Assembly: GCA_030608565.1 (NCBI GenBank)
Contig: JAUWDY010000003.1
Location: forward strand, 9,587-73,586
Length of the DNA: 64,000 nt
Direction of reading: 5' to 3'
Source: Candidatus Bathyarchaeota archaeon
Lineage (GTDB): Archaea; Thermoproteota; Bathyarchaeia; Bathyarchaeales; Bathyarchaeaceae
This document shows positions 16,921 to 25,371 of this stretch, piece by piece. The notes below the pieces were generated by a model. It was not told the DNA's origin. It saw only the letters and a program-made list of their open reading frames with translations, and did no database searches. The position numbers were made by a program, and so were the translations under genes. The stretch's first letter is position 1. Each line of letters starts with the position of its first letter.

Positions 16921-17988
16921 CTAGAACATGTCTAAATCTCCGGTGGCAACGCAACACACTTTGTCAGCCGCGCCGTAATAGACGAAGAGTCTGTTGTTAA
17001 GCTCTACTGCCCCTTCAGGAAATACGACGTTTGGAACGTCGCCAATTTTTTCATAATCTTCCTCTGGTTCCAGAATTGGCTGTGGCAAACGACCAATAAC
17101 CTTCGAAGGATCTTGCAGGTTCAACAATGCAGCGCCCGCTCTGTACTTGTGGTCAGCACTAACCCCGTGGTAGATCAAGAGCCACCCTTTCTCAGTCTTT
17201 ATCGGCGGCGGCCCGGTGCCTATCTTCTCTGCTTCCCATTCTCTTTCCGGCCTCATCACAATTTTGTGGTCATACCAATCTTTGAGATTTTCAGAATAGG
17301 CAATCCAAATGCTTGGAAGGTCTGTACCGTACTTGGGGCCTACCCAATCGCGAGGCCTATGGAGCATCACATACTTACCATTAATTCTCTCAGGAAAAAG
17401 CACCGTATCTCTTTCATAAACTCCAGAAGGAGTGATGCAGCCATGTCTTCTAAAATGACGAGGAAGACTCTGTAGATTGTCCAAAGAGGACAAGTCATCC
17501 AACGAAGTCAGAGCTATGCGAGGTGTACCTCTTTCAGAGAGAATAACACGGGCTTTTTCGCCTGATATGCCTAGCCTAGGGAAAAGAGCTCTCGGAGGAC
17601 CACTTCGCCCAGAGTGAGCAACATACGTCATGTAGAGCTTGTTCTCAAGTATTACTGTTCTAGGATCCTCAACACCCCACTTTTCAAATTCTTCTGCAGG
17701 CTCAAATATGGGACTAACTAATCGTTCGAAATTGACGCCGTCTCGACTGACCGCACAGCCAATTCTGGAAATATATCTCTCATATTCTCCAACGGCTCGA
17801 TAGAGCAGATAGACTACGTTATTCCAATAGAAGGCGGCGGGGTTGAAAACCGCTATAGATTCCCACTTGTTCTTGCCCGGTTCTAAAACGGGGTTATTCT
17901 CATAACGTTTCAATTTCACCTTGCGTAACCTCAGTAGGTTTATAATGCACAGCTCTTTATGAGCGTATTTGTGATAAACATCAAGCAT
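16921..17988 (-). CDS. GH130-family glycoside hydrolase/phosphorylase (beta-mannoside phosphorylase-like, DUF377 fold)
   Basis: 355 aa. RYENNPVLEPGKNKWESIAVFNPAAFYWNNVVYLLYRA and the C-terminal VFPEGAVELNNRLFVYYGAADKVCCVA are typical of GH130. Confidence 0.7.
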   Translation of the reverse strand: MLDVYHKYAHKELCIINLLRLRKVKLKRYENNPVLEPGKNKWESIAVFNPAAFYWNNVVYLLYRAVGEYERYISRIGCAVSRDGVNFERLVSPIFEPAEEFEKWGVEDPRTVILENKLYMTYVAHSGRSGPPRALFPRLGISGEKARVILSERGTPRIALTSLDDLSSLDNLQSLPRHFRRHGCITPSGVYERDTVLFPERINGKYVMLHRPRDWVGPKYGTDLPSIWIAYSENLKDWYDHKIVMRPEREWEAEKIGTGPPPIKTEKGWLLIYHGVSADHKYRAGAALLNLQDPSKVIGRLPQPILEPEEDYEKIGDVPNVVFPEGAVELNNRLFVYYGAADKVCCVATGDLDMF

Positions 17989-17995
17989 TGAGAAG

Positions 17996-19090
17996 ATGTA
18001 TATGAAAATAGCAATTATGTCTCCTTGGAACGATTGTTGCGGCGTGTCGGCTCATGCAGAGCTCATCGGCAAGGAGTGGATGAATCAAGACCATGAAATT
18101 GTGATCTTCGCCCCAACTGACGAGAGGGTTGGAGGCAGGATACCCGTTGAAACCGAGGATGAACAATTCGTTTACAGAAACTGGGAGATGTACAGATATG
18201 GAGCCAAGGTTGAGGACGAAAGCATTTTAGACTTGCACTTTGATCCAAACCCAATAATCAACGAAGATTATGACTTATTCGTCATCGAGAAGCCCTGCTT
18301 AACTCCTCTTGGGAAGTTACTCAAAATCTTCGATGTGATAAAGAGAAAGGCGACCACGATAGCGATTATGCATGAGGGAAGAGTTCCGAAGAACATAAAC
18401 TTCTACAAATTCGATTGGGACATAATCACGTTGTTCGATGAACGTTACAAGAAGCTTCTAGCCGACGCGCTGCCCACAGATAAGACATATATTGTACCCT
18501 ACCCATGCCACCCAATTGTTGAAGGAAACATGTTGGAAGCCAGATCAAAGTTAGACCTCCCACAGAATGAGAACACAAAAATCATTTTAGCCTACGGAAT
18601 ACGCCTCAAAAACCTACGCGAAGTTCTTCCAATCTTCAAGGAGCTACGCAAGACGTATGATGTCCTTTTATTGATGTTAGCCAGCTATGAAGAAAGTGTT
18701 GGAGCTGCTAAGGATATAGCTCGCGAATACAAATTTACAATATTCAGGAAAGAAGCTCCACCGATAAGTAGGCTTTACACATACTTCCACGCGTCAAACG
18801 CCATCCTCATACATAAAGGCCATGCGGATTACCTACCAACATCAAGCACCGTCCACCTATGCTTGGGTTCAATGCGCCCAGTCCTCTGCCCAGATAACAA
18901 CTTCGTTGAAGTATTCAACGGCGAGATAATGAAGTACTCAAACTTAGACGACTTGAGAGAGAATCTTGTCGATGTTTTCGAGGGGAGAAACACCCAATCC
19001 ATCGTAAGCAACGCGAGAAAATACGTAATAAAGAACTCAGCTAGGAACGTAGCGAACACCCTGATGAGGCTAGCCCAATCAGCTAAATGA
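17996..19090 (+). CDS. Putative GT-B fold glycosyltransferase (GT4-like)
   Basis: 364 aa. The start MKIAIMSPWNDCCGVSAHAELIG and the C-terminal half (..ASNAILIHKG...PVLCPDNNFVEVF..) resemble GT4/GT1 enzymes. The call is weak. Confidence 0.45.
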   Translation: MYMKIAIMSPWNDCCGVSAHAELIGKEWMNQDHEIVIFAPTDERVGGRIPVETEDEQFVYRNWEMYRYGAKVEDESILDLHFDPNPIINEDYDLFVIEKPCLTPLGKLLKIFDVIKRKATTIAIMHEGRVPKNINFYKFDWDIITLFDERYKKLLADALPTDKTYIVPYPCHPIVEGNMLEARSKLDLPQNENTKIILAYGIRLKNLREVLPIFKELRKTYDVLLLMLASYEESVGAAKDIAREYKFTIFRKEAPPISRLYTYFHASNAILIHKGHADYLPTSSTVHLCLGSMRPVLCPDNNFVEVFNGEIMKYSNLDDLRENLVDVFEGRNTQSIVSNARKYVIKNSARNVANTLMRLAQSAK

Positions 19091-19144
19091 AAGTGAAAAA
19101 GAAATTTTTAGACTTCAAGACACAAAAGAAACGGTGCTGAATGG

Positions 19145-20539
19145 CTAAGACAGACTATGCCCTAGCGTCTTTGTTTCTAACATGCTTGACTGGTCTTTTT
19201 TGTCAATGGCGTGCATGTGTATGGCTGCTCTAGAGACATATGCTACAGCGGTTAGGGCGGAGTGAAATAGGATTCCGATTAATGAGTAAAGTGGCGTTCC
19301 CAAGAGAACGCCTATCAGAATGTAAATGTTGTATATGTTTCTCCTGCCAGCGACTCTCCTGAAAACGCGTTCAAACCGCCCGTACACGTCTAAACTAACG
19401 CCCGTCGTTCTGCTGAATTGATCGTAGCAGAACCTATAGAACGCAATAAATGTGATGGAGGATGTAACGACTACGAGTGGTAACGAGCCTCCGCTTTGGC
19501 TTAAGAATACGGCAAGGGCTATCAGCCATGAAAACTCGAACAACAAATCAAATAAATGTTCCATGCGCCCAAGTTTTGTTGTGCGTCCACGTATCCTCGC
19601 CAATTTGCCATCCAACCCGTCTATGACGCCTACAATAAACATTAAGATTGCCCCGATTAACAGATGACCAAAAAGGAACAGAGCCGTTACGAGATACGCT
19701 AACACATTTGTTAATATTGTAATCTGGTTTGGGGTTATCCTAGAATCCGATATGCGACAGACGATTGCGTTTTCTATCGGTCTGTTAACGTAGTGGGCCA
19801 CAAAATCGGATGCTCCACGCTTCTTCTGCGAGTGTTCAGCCAGTAATCTTTTTGCACGTTTGAGGTCTTTTTTGGTGTCTATGTCTACCCAGTAGTGCCC
19901 ACTTACGTCAAGCACTTGTGCATCTCCGTTTTGGGCAGCGAGTCGAATACAGTCGGCAAGTTCTGATGCTCCTTGTTTTACAACCATTTCTGCATATGAG
20001 AATATTTTAGGCGAACAGAAGAAAAATCCAGTATCCACGCAGTTTGAAGGATTTATGTGCTTGCCAATCTCGAGGATCATGCCATCCTGCTCTCGCACTT
20101 TAGTGTCATCCAATGCGTAACTAGCTCTATCAACAGCCAAAGCAATAGCACCATTGAGATTCACGTTGATGAGGTTTTTCACGATTTGGCTGTCAAAAAT
20201 GTGATCGCCCATACAAAGAATAAAATTCGTTTTAAAAACATCCTTTGCCGCCAGAAAAGAGTGCAGGTTTCCTTTTTCCCAATTTTGGGCCGTTATATAT
20301 GTGATGTTAAGCCCTGCGTAATTCTCGCCAATCTCTCGCTGTATCTCGTCTCCTTCATACCCAATGACTATGCAGACGCGGTTTATTCCAGCTTCCTTAA
20401 GACGTCGAAGAATTCTTCCCAGTAATGGCACACCCGCAATATGCTGAAGGGTTTTTTGCTTTGCGTATTTTCTCAGTCGGCTTCCTTCTCCAGCTGCCAA
20501 GACAAGGGCTTTAATAGCTTCGCTATTCACTCCATCCAT
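19145..20539 (-). CDS. Bifunctional nucleotidyltransferase / CDP-alcohol phosphatidyltransferase (IPCT/DIPPS-like architecture)
   Basis: 464 aa. The N-terminal ALVLAAGEGSRLRKY belongs to an NTP-transferase fold. The C-terminal part has ITPNQITILTN plus VIDGLDGKLARIRGRTTKLGRMEHLFD, a CDP-OH-P-transferase motif, in a TM domain. Confidence 0.7.
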   Translation of the reverse strand: MDGVNSEAIKALVLAAGEGSRLRKYAKQKTLQHIAGVPLLGRILRRLKEAGINRVCIVIGYEGDEIQREIGENYAGLNITYITAQNWEKGNLHSFLAAKDVFKTNFILCMGDHIFDSQIVKNLINVNLNGAIALAVDRASYALDDTKVREQDGMILEIGKHINPSNCVDTGFFFCSPKIFSYAEMVVKQGASELADCIRLAAQNGDAQVLDVSGHYWVDIDTKKDLKRAKRLLAEHSQKKRGASDFVAHYVNRPIENAIVCRISDSRITPNQITILTNVLAYLVTALFLFGHLLIGAILMFIVGVIDGLDGKLARIRGRTTKLGRMEHLFDLLFEFSWLIALAVFLSQSGGSLPLVVVTSSITFIAFYRFCYDQFSRTTGVSLDVYGRFERVFRRVAGRRNIYNIYILIGVLLGTPLYSLIGILFHSALTAVAYVSRAAIHMHAIDKKDQSSMLETKTLGHSLS

Positions 20540-20935
20540 TTCAAAACACTAGACTTGTAGTATGAAGGATTGCTTTTAAATGTTCTTTTTAGAAGAAAAC
20601 CGATAAATTTAGGATTTGTGAAACTCAAAGTCGCCTCTTTACCAGAAGATACAGTACGTCTCTTCACTTTTAGCACATCCTGGGCATGAGATCCCCTATT
20701 GGTAGTGCGAGAATCCTTTTCTGCCTACTAGGGTTTTGAGAACCACTTGATCAAAATCTCCAGTTGCTTCATGCATGCATTTGAAAAAGAAGTCGCACAC
20801 AGAGTACGATGCTGCTTCATTTAGCCAACGTATTTAAGTTATGCCACTGTTTAGGAGAGGGAAGTCAGAGGTAGAGTAAAAAATGCTGAGTTTCGACCAA
20901 GTTCTAGCGGGCCCCAATTTTTGGGTGTGGTAAAG

Positions 20936-21154
20936 ATGACTAAAAAAGGTGACCATGTTAGGTGTCCACAATGCGGTGGAACAGCCCGTGTCGTTTGGGT
21001 TTCACAAGACGGAAAAACTGAGGCAATAAAATGCACCAGATATCATAGCCAATTAAGTCCCCCGCCCACAAGGTTCAGTTCACGTGCCCAGAGTAAGACA
21101 AAGAAAGGAATGGTGTTCCTTGTAGAAATGGATGCGCACGCGCAAACGAGGTAA
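20936..21154 (+). CDS. Small zinc-ribbon protein
   Basis: 72 aa from the ATG at 20936. CPQCGG...(19 aa)...C.RYH could bind metal. The C-terminal half is basic and Pro/Ser-rich. Confidence 0.4.
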   Translation: MTKKGDHVRCPQCGGTARVVWVSQDGKTEAIKCTRYHSQLSPPPTRFSSRAQSKTKKGMVFLVEMDAHAQTR

Positions 21155-21174
21155 CAACCAAATGAAAACTAGGA

Positions 21175-21900
21175 ATGAATTGGATGCTAAATAGAAGATG
21201 GGCAATGCGAGGACGACCTCGAGGCGTGAGTCATTCAAACCGTGATACGAAGCTTCTCGGGTATCTCGTAACAATTTCGCTAAAACACCGAATTGACCCA
21301 AACAAGCTCTTCAACAAGATTGTGCATGCTTGGAAGAACGGAAGATCTAAGTGCAAGCAATTAACAATTCAGTGCCGCGAAAAAATAGGAGACCATGCCA
21401 TTTTTCTTATAACTGCAAATCATGAAGTAGTTGCGCAATTTCCGATGTCAGGGCACCTTCTTAAGGAAACAGCTCCGCTGAAGCGGTTTGCATACGCAAT
21501 TGAACGTGAGAAAGAAGCTTTAATGAAGAAGAGAAATGCTAGGGCAGTGGGGTATTATAAAATTGGGGATTTGAAGGCTGGAATGAAGCGGATTAACTTG
21601 AAAGCTCGTGTTCTCGCAATTTCAAGACCACGACAAGCTCTGACAAAATACAACGATTATGTTATGTTTGCCAATGCAACTTTGACAGACGAAACTGGCA
21701 CTGTGAAACTAACTCTATGGAACAGTCGAATAAACTCCCTTTCCATCAATGACATAGTTGAAATTGAAAACGCATGGGTCACCGTTTATAGAGGTGAAAC
21801 TCAACTGCGAATCAGGAGACAAGGAAAATTAAGAGTTATCGAGAATCATAAGGGAGTCCTTACAAGAGAACTAGAACATACGCCAAGCACGCATGCATAA
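21175..21900 (+). CDS. Protein with a C-terminal RPA/SSB-type OB-fold and an unknown N-terminal domain
   Basis: 241 aa. INLKARVLAISRPRQ...ATLTDETGTVKLTLWNSRINSLSINDIVEIENAWVTVYRGETQLRI follows the archaeal RPA/SSB OB pattern (..DeTG.i..tlW......l..GD.v.i.na.v). Confidence 0.5.
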   Translation: MNWMLNRRWAMRGRPRGVSHSNRDTKLLGYLVTISLKHRIDPNKLFNKIVHAWKNGRSKCKQLTIQCREKIGDHAIFLITANHEVVAQFPMSGHLLKETAPLKRFAYAIEREKEALMKKRNARAVGYYKIGDLKAGMKRINLKARVLAISRPRQALTKYNDYVMFANATLTDETGTVKLTLWNSRINSLSINDIVEIENAWVTVYRGETQLRIRRQGKLRVIENHKGVLTRELEHTPSTHA

Positions 21901-22055
21901 GATGTTCACATCGCTCACTACCATGCGTGCATGCTCAGAATAGCCATTCAAAGATAACCCTCTGAAAATCCTCAACGCCCGTAGAGTGGCTTAGAGGAAA
22001 CTGATGAAACGAAACTTGAAGAGGTGAGACACTGTTAGGTAGAGGTATTCTCTGT

Positions 22056-22409
22056 GTGCGACATAAATGTGTAGAGTGTTGCTTAGAGACGAGGATGCCT
22101 CTTTCCAATTTTGATTTAAAGAGGATTCTGAAGCTTGGCTATAAACTTGAATGCTTTGCAGTGAAAACAGATGGAAAATGGCGTTTAAAGAATAACTCTG
22201 GACAATGTGTTTTTCTCATAGAAGAAGGCTGTGGAATATATCCACATCGACCTGAAGGATGCAGGCTATACCCACTAGTCTATGATGAAAACCTAGAAAA
22301 AGCGGTGATCGATCCCCTCTGTTCCTACGGTCACCTATTTAAGGTTCAAAAGAACGATGTCAAAAGATTAAAAACCCTCTTAGAAAAACTCACTGAAATA
22401 AGGTTCTAA
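22056..22409 (+). CDS. YkgJ/UPF0153-family cysteine-cluster (CxxCxxCC-type) protein
   Basis: 117 aa. It has CVECCLE near the N-terminus, CVFLIEEGCGIYPHRPEGCRLYP and a later C. This is typical of the putative Fe/Zn-binding YkgJ family. Confidence 0.55.
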   Translation: MRHKCVECCLETRMPLSNFDLKRILKLGYKLECFAVKTDGKWRLKNNSGQCVFLIEEGCGIYPHRPEGCRLYPLVYDENLEKAVIDPLCSYGHLFKVQKNDVKRLKTLLEKLTEIRF

Positions 22410-22482
22410 AAACATCAATTTGCATGCATAAAGATCGCCCAGCTCATAACCGCCACAGCATCTTTGACGGAGTTATGCATGC

Positions 22483-23060
22483 ATAGCCTTTGTTGGTGTT
22501 CCTTGTCATGTGCTTGCTCTTCGAAAGTTGGAGGCTTGGCAACATAAGTTAGCGGAAAATCTCAAGATTGTAATAGGACTCTTCTGTCTTTGGAGCTTTT
22601 CTTCAAGTAAACTTCTTCGATATCTTTCACGAAATTACGACATCAAGGCCTCTGAAGCCCAGAAAATAGCCCTAACTGACGAATAGCTCATTCACACAAA
22701 AAAAGGCATCACGAGCATACCGCTTCAAGAGATCAAGCAAAATGTTTTGCGCAGATGTCGAACCTGTATTGACTTCCCATCAGAACTCGTGGACATATCA
22801 GTCGGCGGCGCCAACCCATTGAAAGATTGGTCCACCGTCATAATTCGACCAAAAGAGGCGAGGATTTCTTTAACGATGCCGTGAAGCATAAAGCAATAAA
22901 GACCAAAAACATAGATGAAAAACCAGATGTGTTCCCTCAAATTATCGAAATGGCTACAAACAAAAGAAAAACTGCTTTAAGAGAAGTAAGAAAAAGGAAA
23001 CGATTGAGCAAGCCCATCCAACCTGCAATGGAATCGTTTGTCGAGGACAGTACCACATGA
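22483..23060 (+). pseudogene. Decayed 3' copy (about 578 nt) of the FrhB-family gene at 11905-12999
   Basis: It aligns with 12421-12999, with 5 mismatches in the first ~157 nt and clearly lower identity after that. It carries an in-frame TAG (gaaTAGctc vs gaatatctc) and a 1-nt deletion (cgaccaaaagagg vs cgatctaaaacagg). The 5' two-thirds of the gene are missing. Confidence 0.85.
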
Positions 23061-23131
23061 AATGACGTTCTCCATCTAAAGTTGAATTCGTTAGCTATCA
23101 CGATATCGAATGGACCTACATGTGCAGATTT

Positions 23132-24046
23132 CTACTCCAGTCCCGTGTGTTCTATTATTTTCGGAACAATCCACTCAAAGCCTACCGCCATCATATGAAT
23201 CCCTGTGGCGTTAGTCGTTTTTCTTATTTCTCGTATCATTTGGCTAAAAATCTCAATATTCTCTGCGAAAATCGCTTCTTTGCCACCTCTTTCTTTTGCC
23301 TTGCGGATTCGATCTTGCACTTCTTCTGGAACTTTTATGCCTGGAACAAATTCCACCATCCATTTCATCATTCCTACCGATTTGAACGGTGCTATTCCAA
23401 GGAGAATTGGAGTGTTAAGGTAGGACGCTGCATCGAGAAAGTTCTTTGCTTGTTCGACACTGTAGACGCACTGGGTCTGGATGAAGTCGACTCCTATCTT
23501 CACTTTCCTTTCGATTTTCAAAATTTCTGGCTCTAGCGGATCAGCGTTTGGTGCGGCCGCTATACCGATGCTGAATTTAGGTGGGTCATCAATCTTGTTA
23601 TTGTTCAAGTCGACTCCTTCATCTATCATTTTCCTTAGCATATAGACGAAGGTTGCGGAGTCAAGGTCAAAAACTGGTTTAGCTTGAGGCGTATCGCCTA
23701 CTGTGGTGTGATCTCCAGTTAAAGCTAATATATTTTTTATTCCTAGCGCGCCAGCAGCCAACACGTCGGAGATCAAAGCCAAGCGGTTGCGATCACGGGT
23801 TGTCATCTGATAGACGGCTTCAACACCAGCTTCTTTCTGAATCAAATAGGACGGAACAAGCGCATTCATATAACCGAAAGCCGTTGGATTATCTGTAATG
23901 TTTACAGCCACTACGTGCCCCTTCAGGGTTTTTGCTCCTTCAATAACCTCCTGAAGATTGGTTGACTTTACCGGTTCAAGCTCCCCCGTGAAAACGAATT
24001 TTCCCGCTTTGATTTGTTTCATCAGCTCGCTGTAAGCCTCGCCCAT
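23132..24046 (-). CDS. metF: MetF-like methylene-tetrahydrofolate/-H4MPT reductase, paralogue 1
   Basis: 304 aa. FVFTGELEPVKS...NITDNP...LALTGDHTTVGD...PVFDLDS...FIQTQCVY is the acetogen/archaeal MetF pattern. Confidence 0.85.
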   Translation of the reverse strand: MGEAYSELMKQIKAGKFVFTGELEPVKSTNLQEVIEGAKTLKGHVVAVNITDNPTAFGYMNALVPSYLIQKEAGVEAVYQMTTRDRNRLALISDVLAAGALGIKNILALTGDHTTVGDTPQAKPVFDLDSATFVYMLRKMIDEGVDLNNNKIDDPPKFSIGIAAAPNADPLEPEILKIERKVKIGVDFIQTQCVYSVEQAKNFLDAASYLNTPILLGIAPFKSVGMMKWMVEFVPGIKVPEEVQDRIRKAKERGGKEAIFAENIEIFSQMIREIRKTTNATGIHMMAVGFEWIVPKIIEHTGLE

Positions 24047-24732
24047 TACGCTTTCTCCTCCTTCTCTTCTGGTTCGCCACCTAGTTCTCGCGGATGCTCT
24101 GAAACTCGGTAATCTCTAGGAAGCCTAAATTTGGTGAATAGGTCAAGTCTGTTTCTTTCTTTAAGACGATTGTAGATGAGAACCCATGCACAGTCGTTTT
24201 TCCCGCCGCCGACTTCACATTTACCTTTCGTTTGTCCTCCACACGGCCCATTAAGCAGACTCTTCGCACAACGCGTTATTGGACATATACCACCTGTTTC
24301 GAAGAGTATACAGTCGCCACATGCTCTACACATTTCATAAAACTTGCCAACTTTTGTATCATGCATCCCTATGAATTTTGTGTCATTCGCGGGTATGATA
24401 ATCTTGTCAGGAAACAGTTCCGCGAGGGTTTGAACTCCAGCTCCGCATGACAAAGAGATAACAGCGTCATAATCGTCAACCAGTGAGTGAAGCGAAGTTG
24501 TAACAATTTGACGATCACATTGTCGCAGAATGGACATGGCTTTTGTACTAAGCTCTTGTTTGCCCTTCAATCTTCTTTCCATTTCCAACAGAGCCTTCAA
24601 AACTTTAGCCTGCTTCTCACCACCAACTTGAATAATTGATGCGCATCCATCGCAACCAACAATTAAGAGACGTTGGAAGCTTCTTGCCATATCAAAAATC
24701 TCGTGGAGAGGCTTTTGCTGAACTATAATCAC
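24046..24732 (-). CDS. metV: MetV-like Fe-S/zinc-ribbon subunit of methylene-THF reductase, paralogue 1
   Basis: 228 aa. It has LIVGCDGCAS, SCGAGVQTLAE and MCRACGDCILFETGGICPITRCAKSLLNGPCGGQTKGKCEV...DCAW. Its stop overlaps the metF start. Confidence 0.8.
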   Translation of the reverse strand: MIIVQQKPLHEIFDMARSFQRLLIVGCDGCASIIQVGGEKQAKVLKALLEMERRLKGKQELSTKAMSILRQCDRQIVTTSLHSLVDDYDAVISLSCGAGVQTLAELFPDKIIIPANDTKFIGMHDTKVGKFYEMCRACGDCILFETGGICPITRCAKSLLNGPCGGQTKGKCEVGGGKNDCAWVLIYNRLKERNRLDLFTKFRLPRDYRVSEHPRELGGEPEEKEEKA

Positions 24733-24809
24733 AGTATGAGCACTCCTCAGAAACTCATGTGAAAGCGAATTAGTGATATAAGAATTGCCATACGCATGCG
24801 TGCAAGGGT

Positions 24810-25340
24810 TTACCTTTTAACCTTCATGATTCTCAAATAAATCAGATATGCTGGAATAATGTTGATTAAAGCTTGCGTCACGTTGAACAACGCTATTGGA
24901 GCAAGCAAACCTACAACAACAGACGCTGTAATCGGATAAAATAGCTGGAGTAGATAGTAGTTTGCTATGGTCATTACACCCACTCGCGATGTGACAGCAG
25001 CAATTGATTTCGAAACAACATCTTTCCTCAACAGTGCAAAGCCAAATAAAGTCGCCAACTCAGCAATCAACTTCAAAGTTCCTCCCGGAACGTTTCCTCT
25101 AAGAAAAATAATCGAACATCCAATTAGGCAAGTGTACACTGCGCACAAGGGTCCGTAAAGCATTAAGCTAATCATGATAGGTATCCCTGTAAGGTCCCAA
25201 GAGATCCTAGGGTAAAGCGGAAACGGAATGTCGAAAGGAGGTCCACGTATGACTTCCGACAATGCTGCAAGGGCCCCTAAAATGCTGGCTGCCGCAATCT
25301 CTTTAGTTCCCATTTTTCCCAAAACACACACCACTTTCAT
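24810..25340 (-). CDS. Small polytopic membrane protein, ECF-transporter S-component-like
   Basis: 176 aa with 5-6 TM helices. ISWDLTGIPIMISLMLYGPLCAVYTCLIG resembles ECF S components. It sits between frhB paralogue 2 and metV on the same strand. Confidence 0.4.
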   Translation of the reverse strand: MKVVCVLGKMGTKEIAAASILGALAALSEVIRGPPFDIPFPLYPRISWDLTGIPIMISLMLYGPLCAVYTCLIGCSIIFLRGNVPGGTLKLIAELATLFGFALLRKDVVSKSIAAVTSRVGVMTIANYYLLQLFYPITASVVVGLLAPIALFNVTQALINIIPAYLIYLRIMKVKR

Positions 25341-25371
25341 AGAGAATTAACAATACTTGTTCTGCAATCTA

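Noticed and set aside
16538-17000. 63-aa and 65-aa plus-strand ORFs between the ArsR gene and the GH130 gene
   Set aside because: They are Arg/Lys-rich, low-complexity translations with no RBS or motif. One overlaps the 3' end of the convergent GH130 gene.
20640-20850. Possible Lrp/AsnC C-terminal-domain remnant on the minus strand (..CMHEATGDFDQVVLKTLVGRKGF..) spanning the ATGCATGCAT motif at 20771
   Set aside because: Only a ~15-residue resemblance (G-D-F-D..V.L) supports it. The stretch is short and flanked by stops, which is too weak to call.
13000-22483. Interpreting the 13-22.5 kb block as an integrated mobile element or provirus
   Set aside because: No integrase, transposase, replication initiator, capsid or att-like tRNA target was recognised. 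The flanking direct repeat is a gene fragment rather than a short att site. It is reported only as a recombination or duplication scar.
22725-23060. 71-aa minus-strand and 77-aa plus-strand ORFs at 22725-22940 and 22827-23060
   Set aside because: They are pieces, or the antisense, of the decayed frhB 3' copy, not independent genes. The same antisense ORF shape exists in the intact copy (12663-12992).
23120-23536. 138-aa and 72-aa plus-strand ORFs overlapping metF1
   Set aside because: They are antisense to a strong MetF match and show no motifs.
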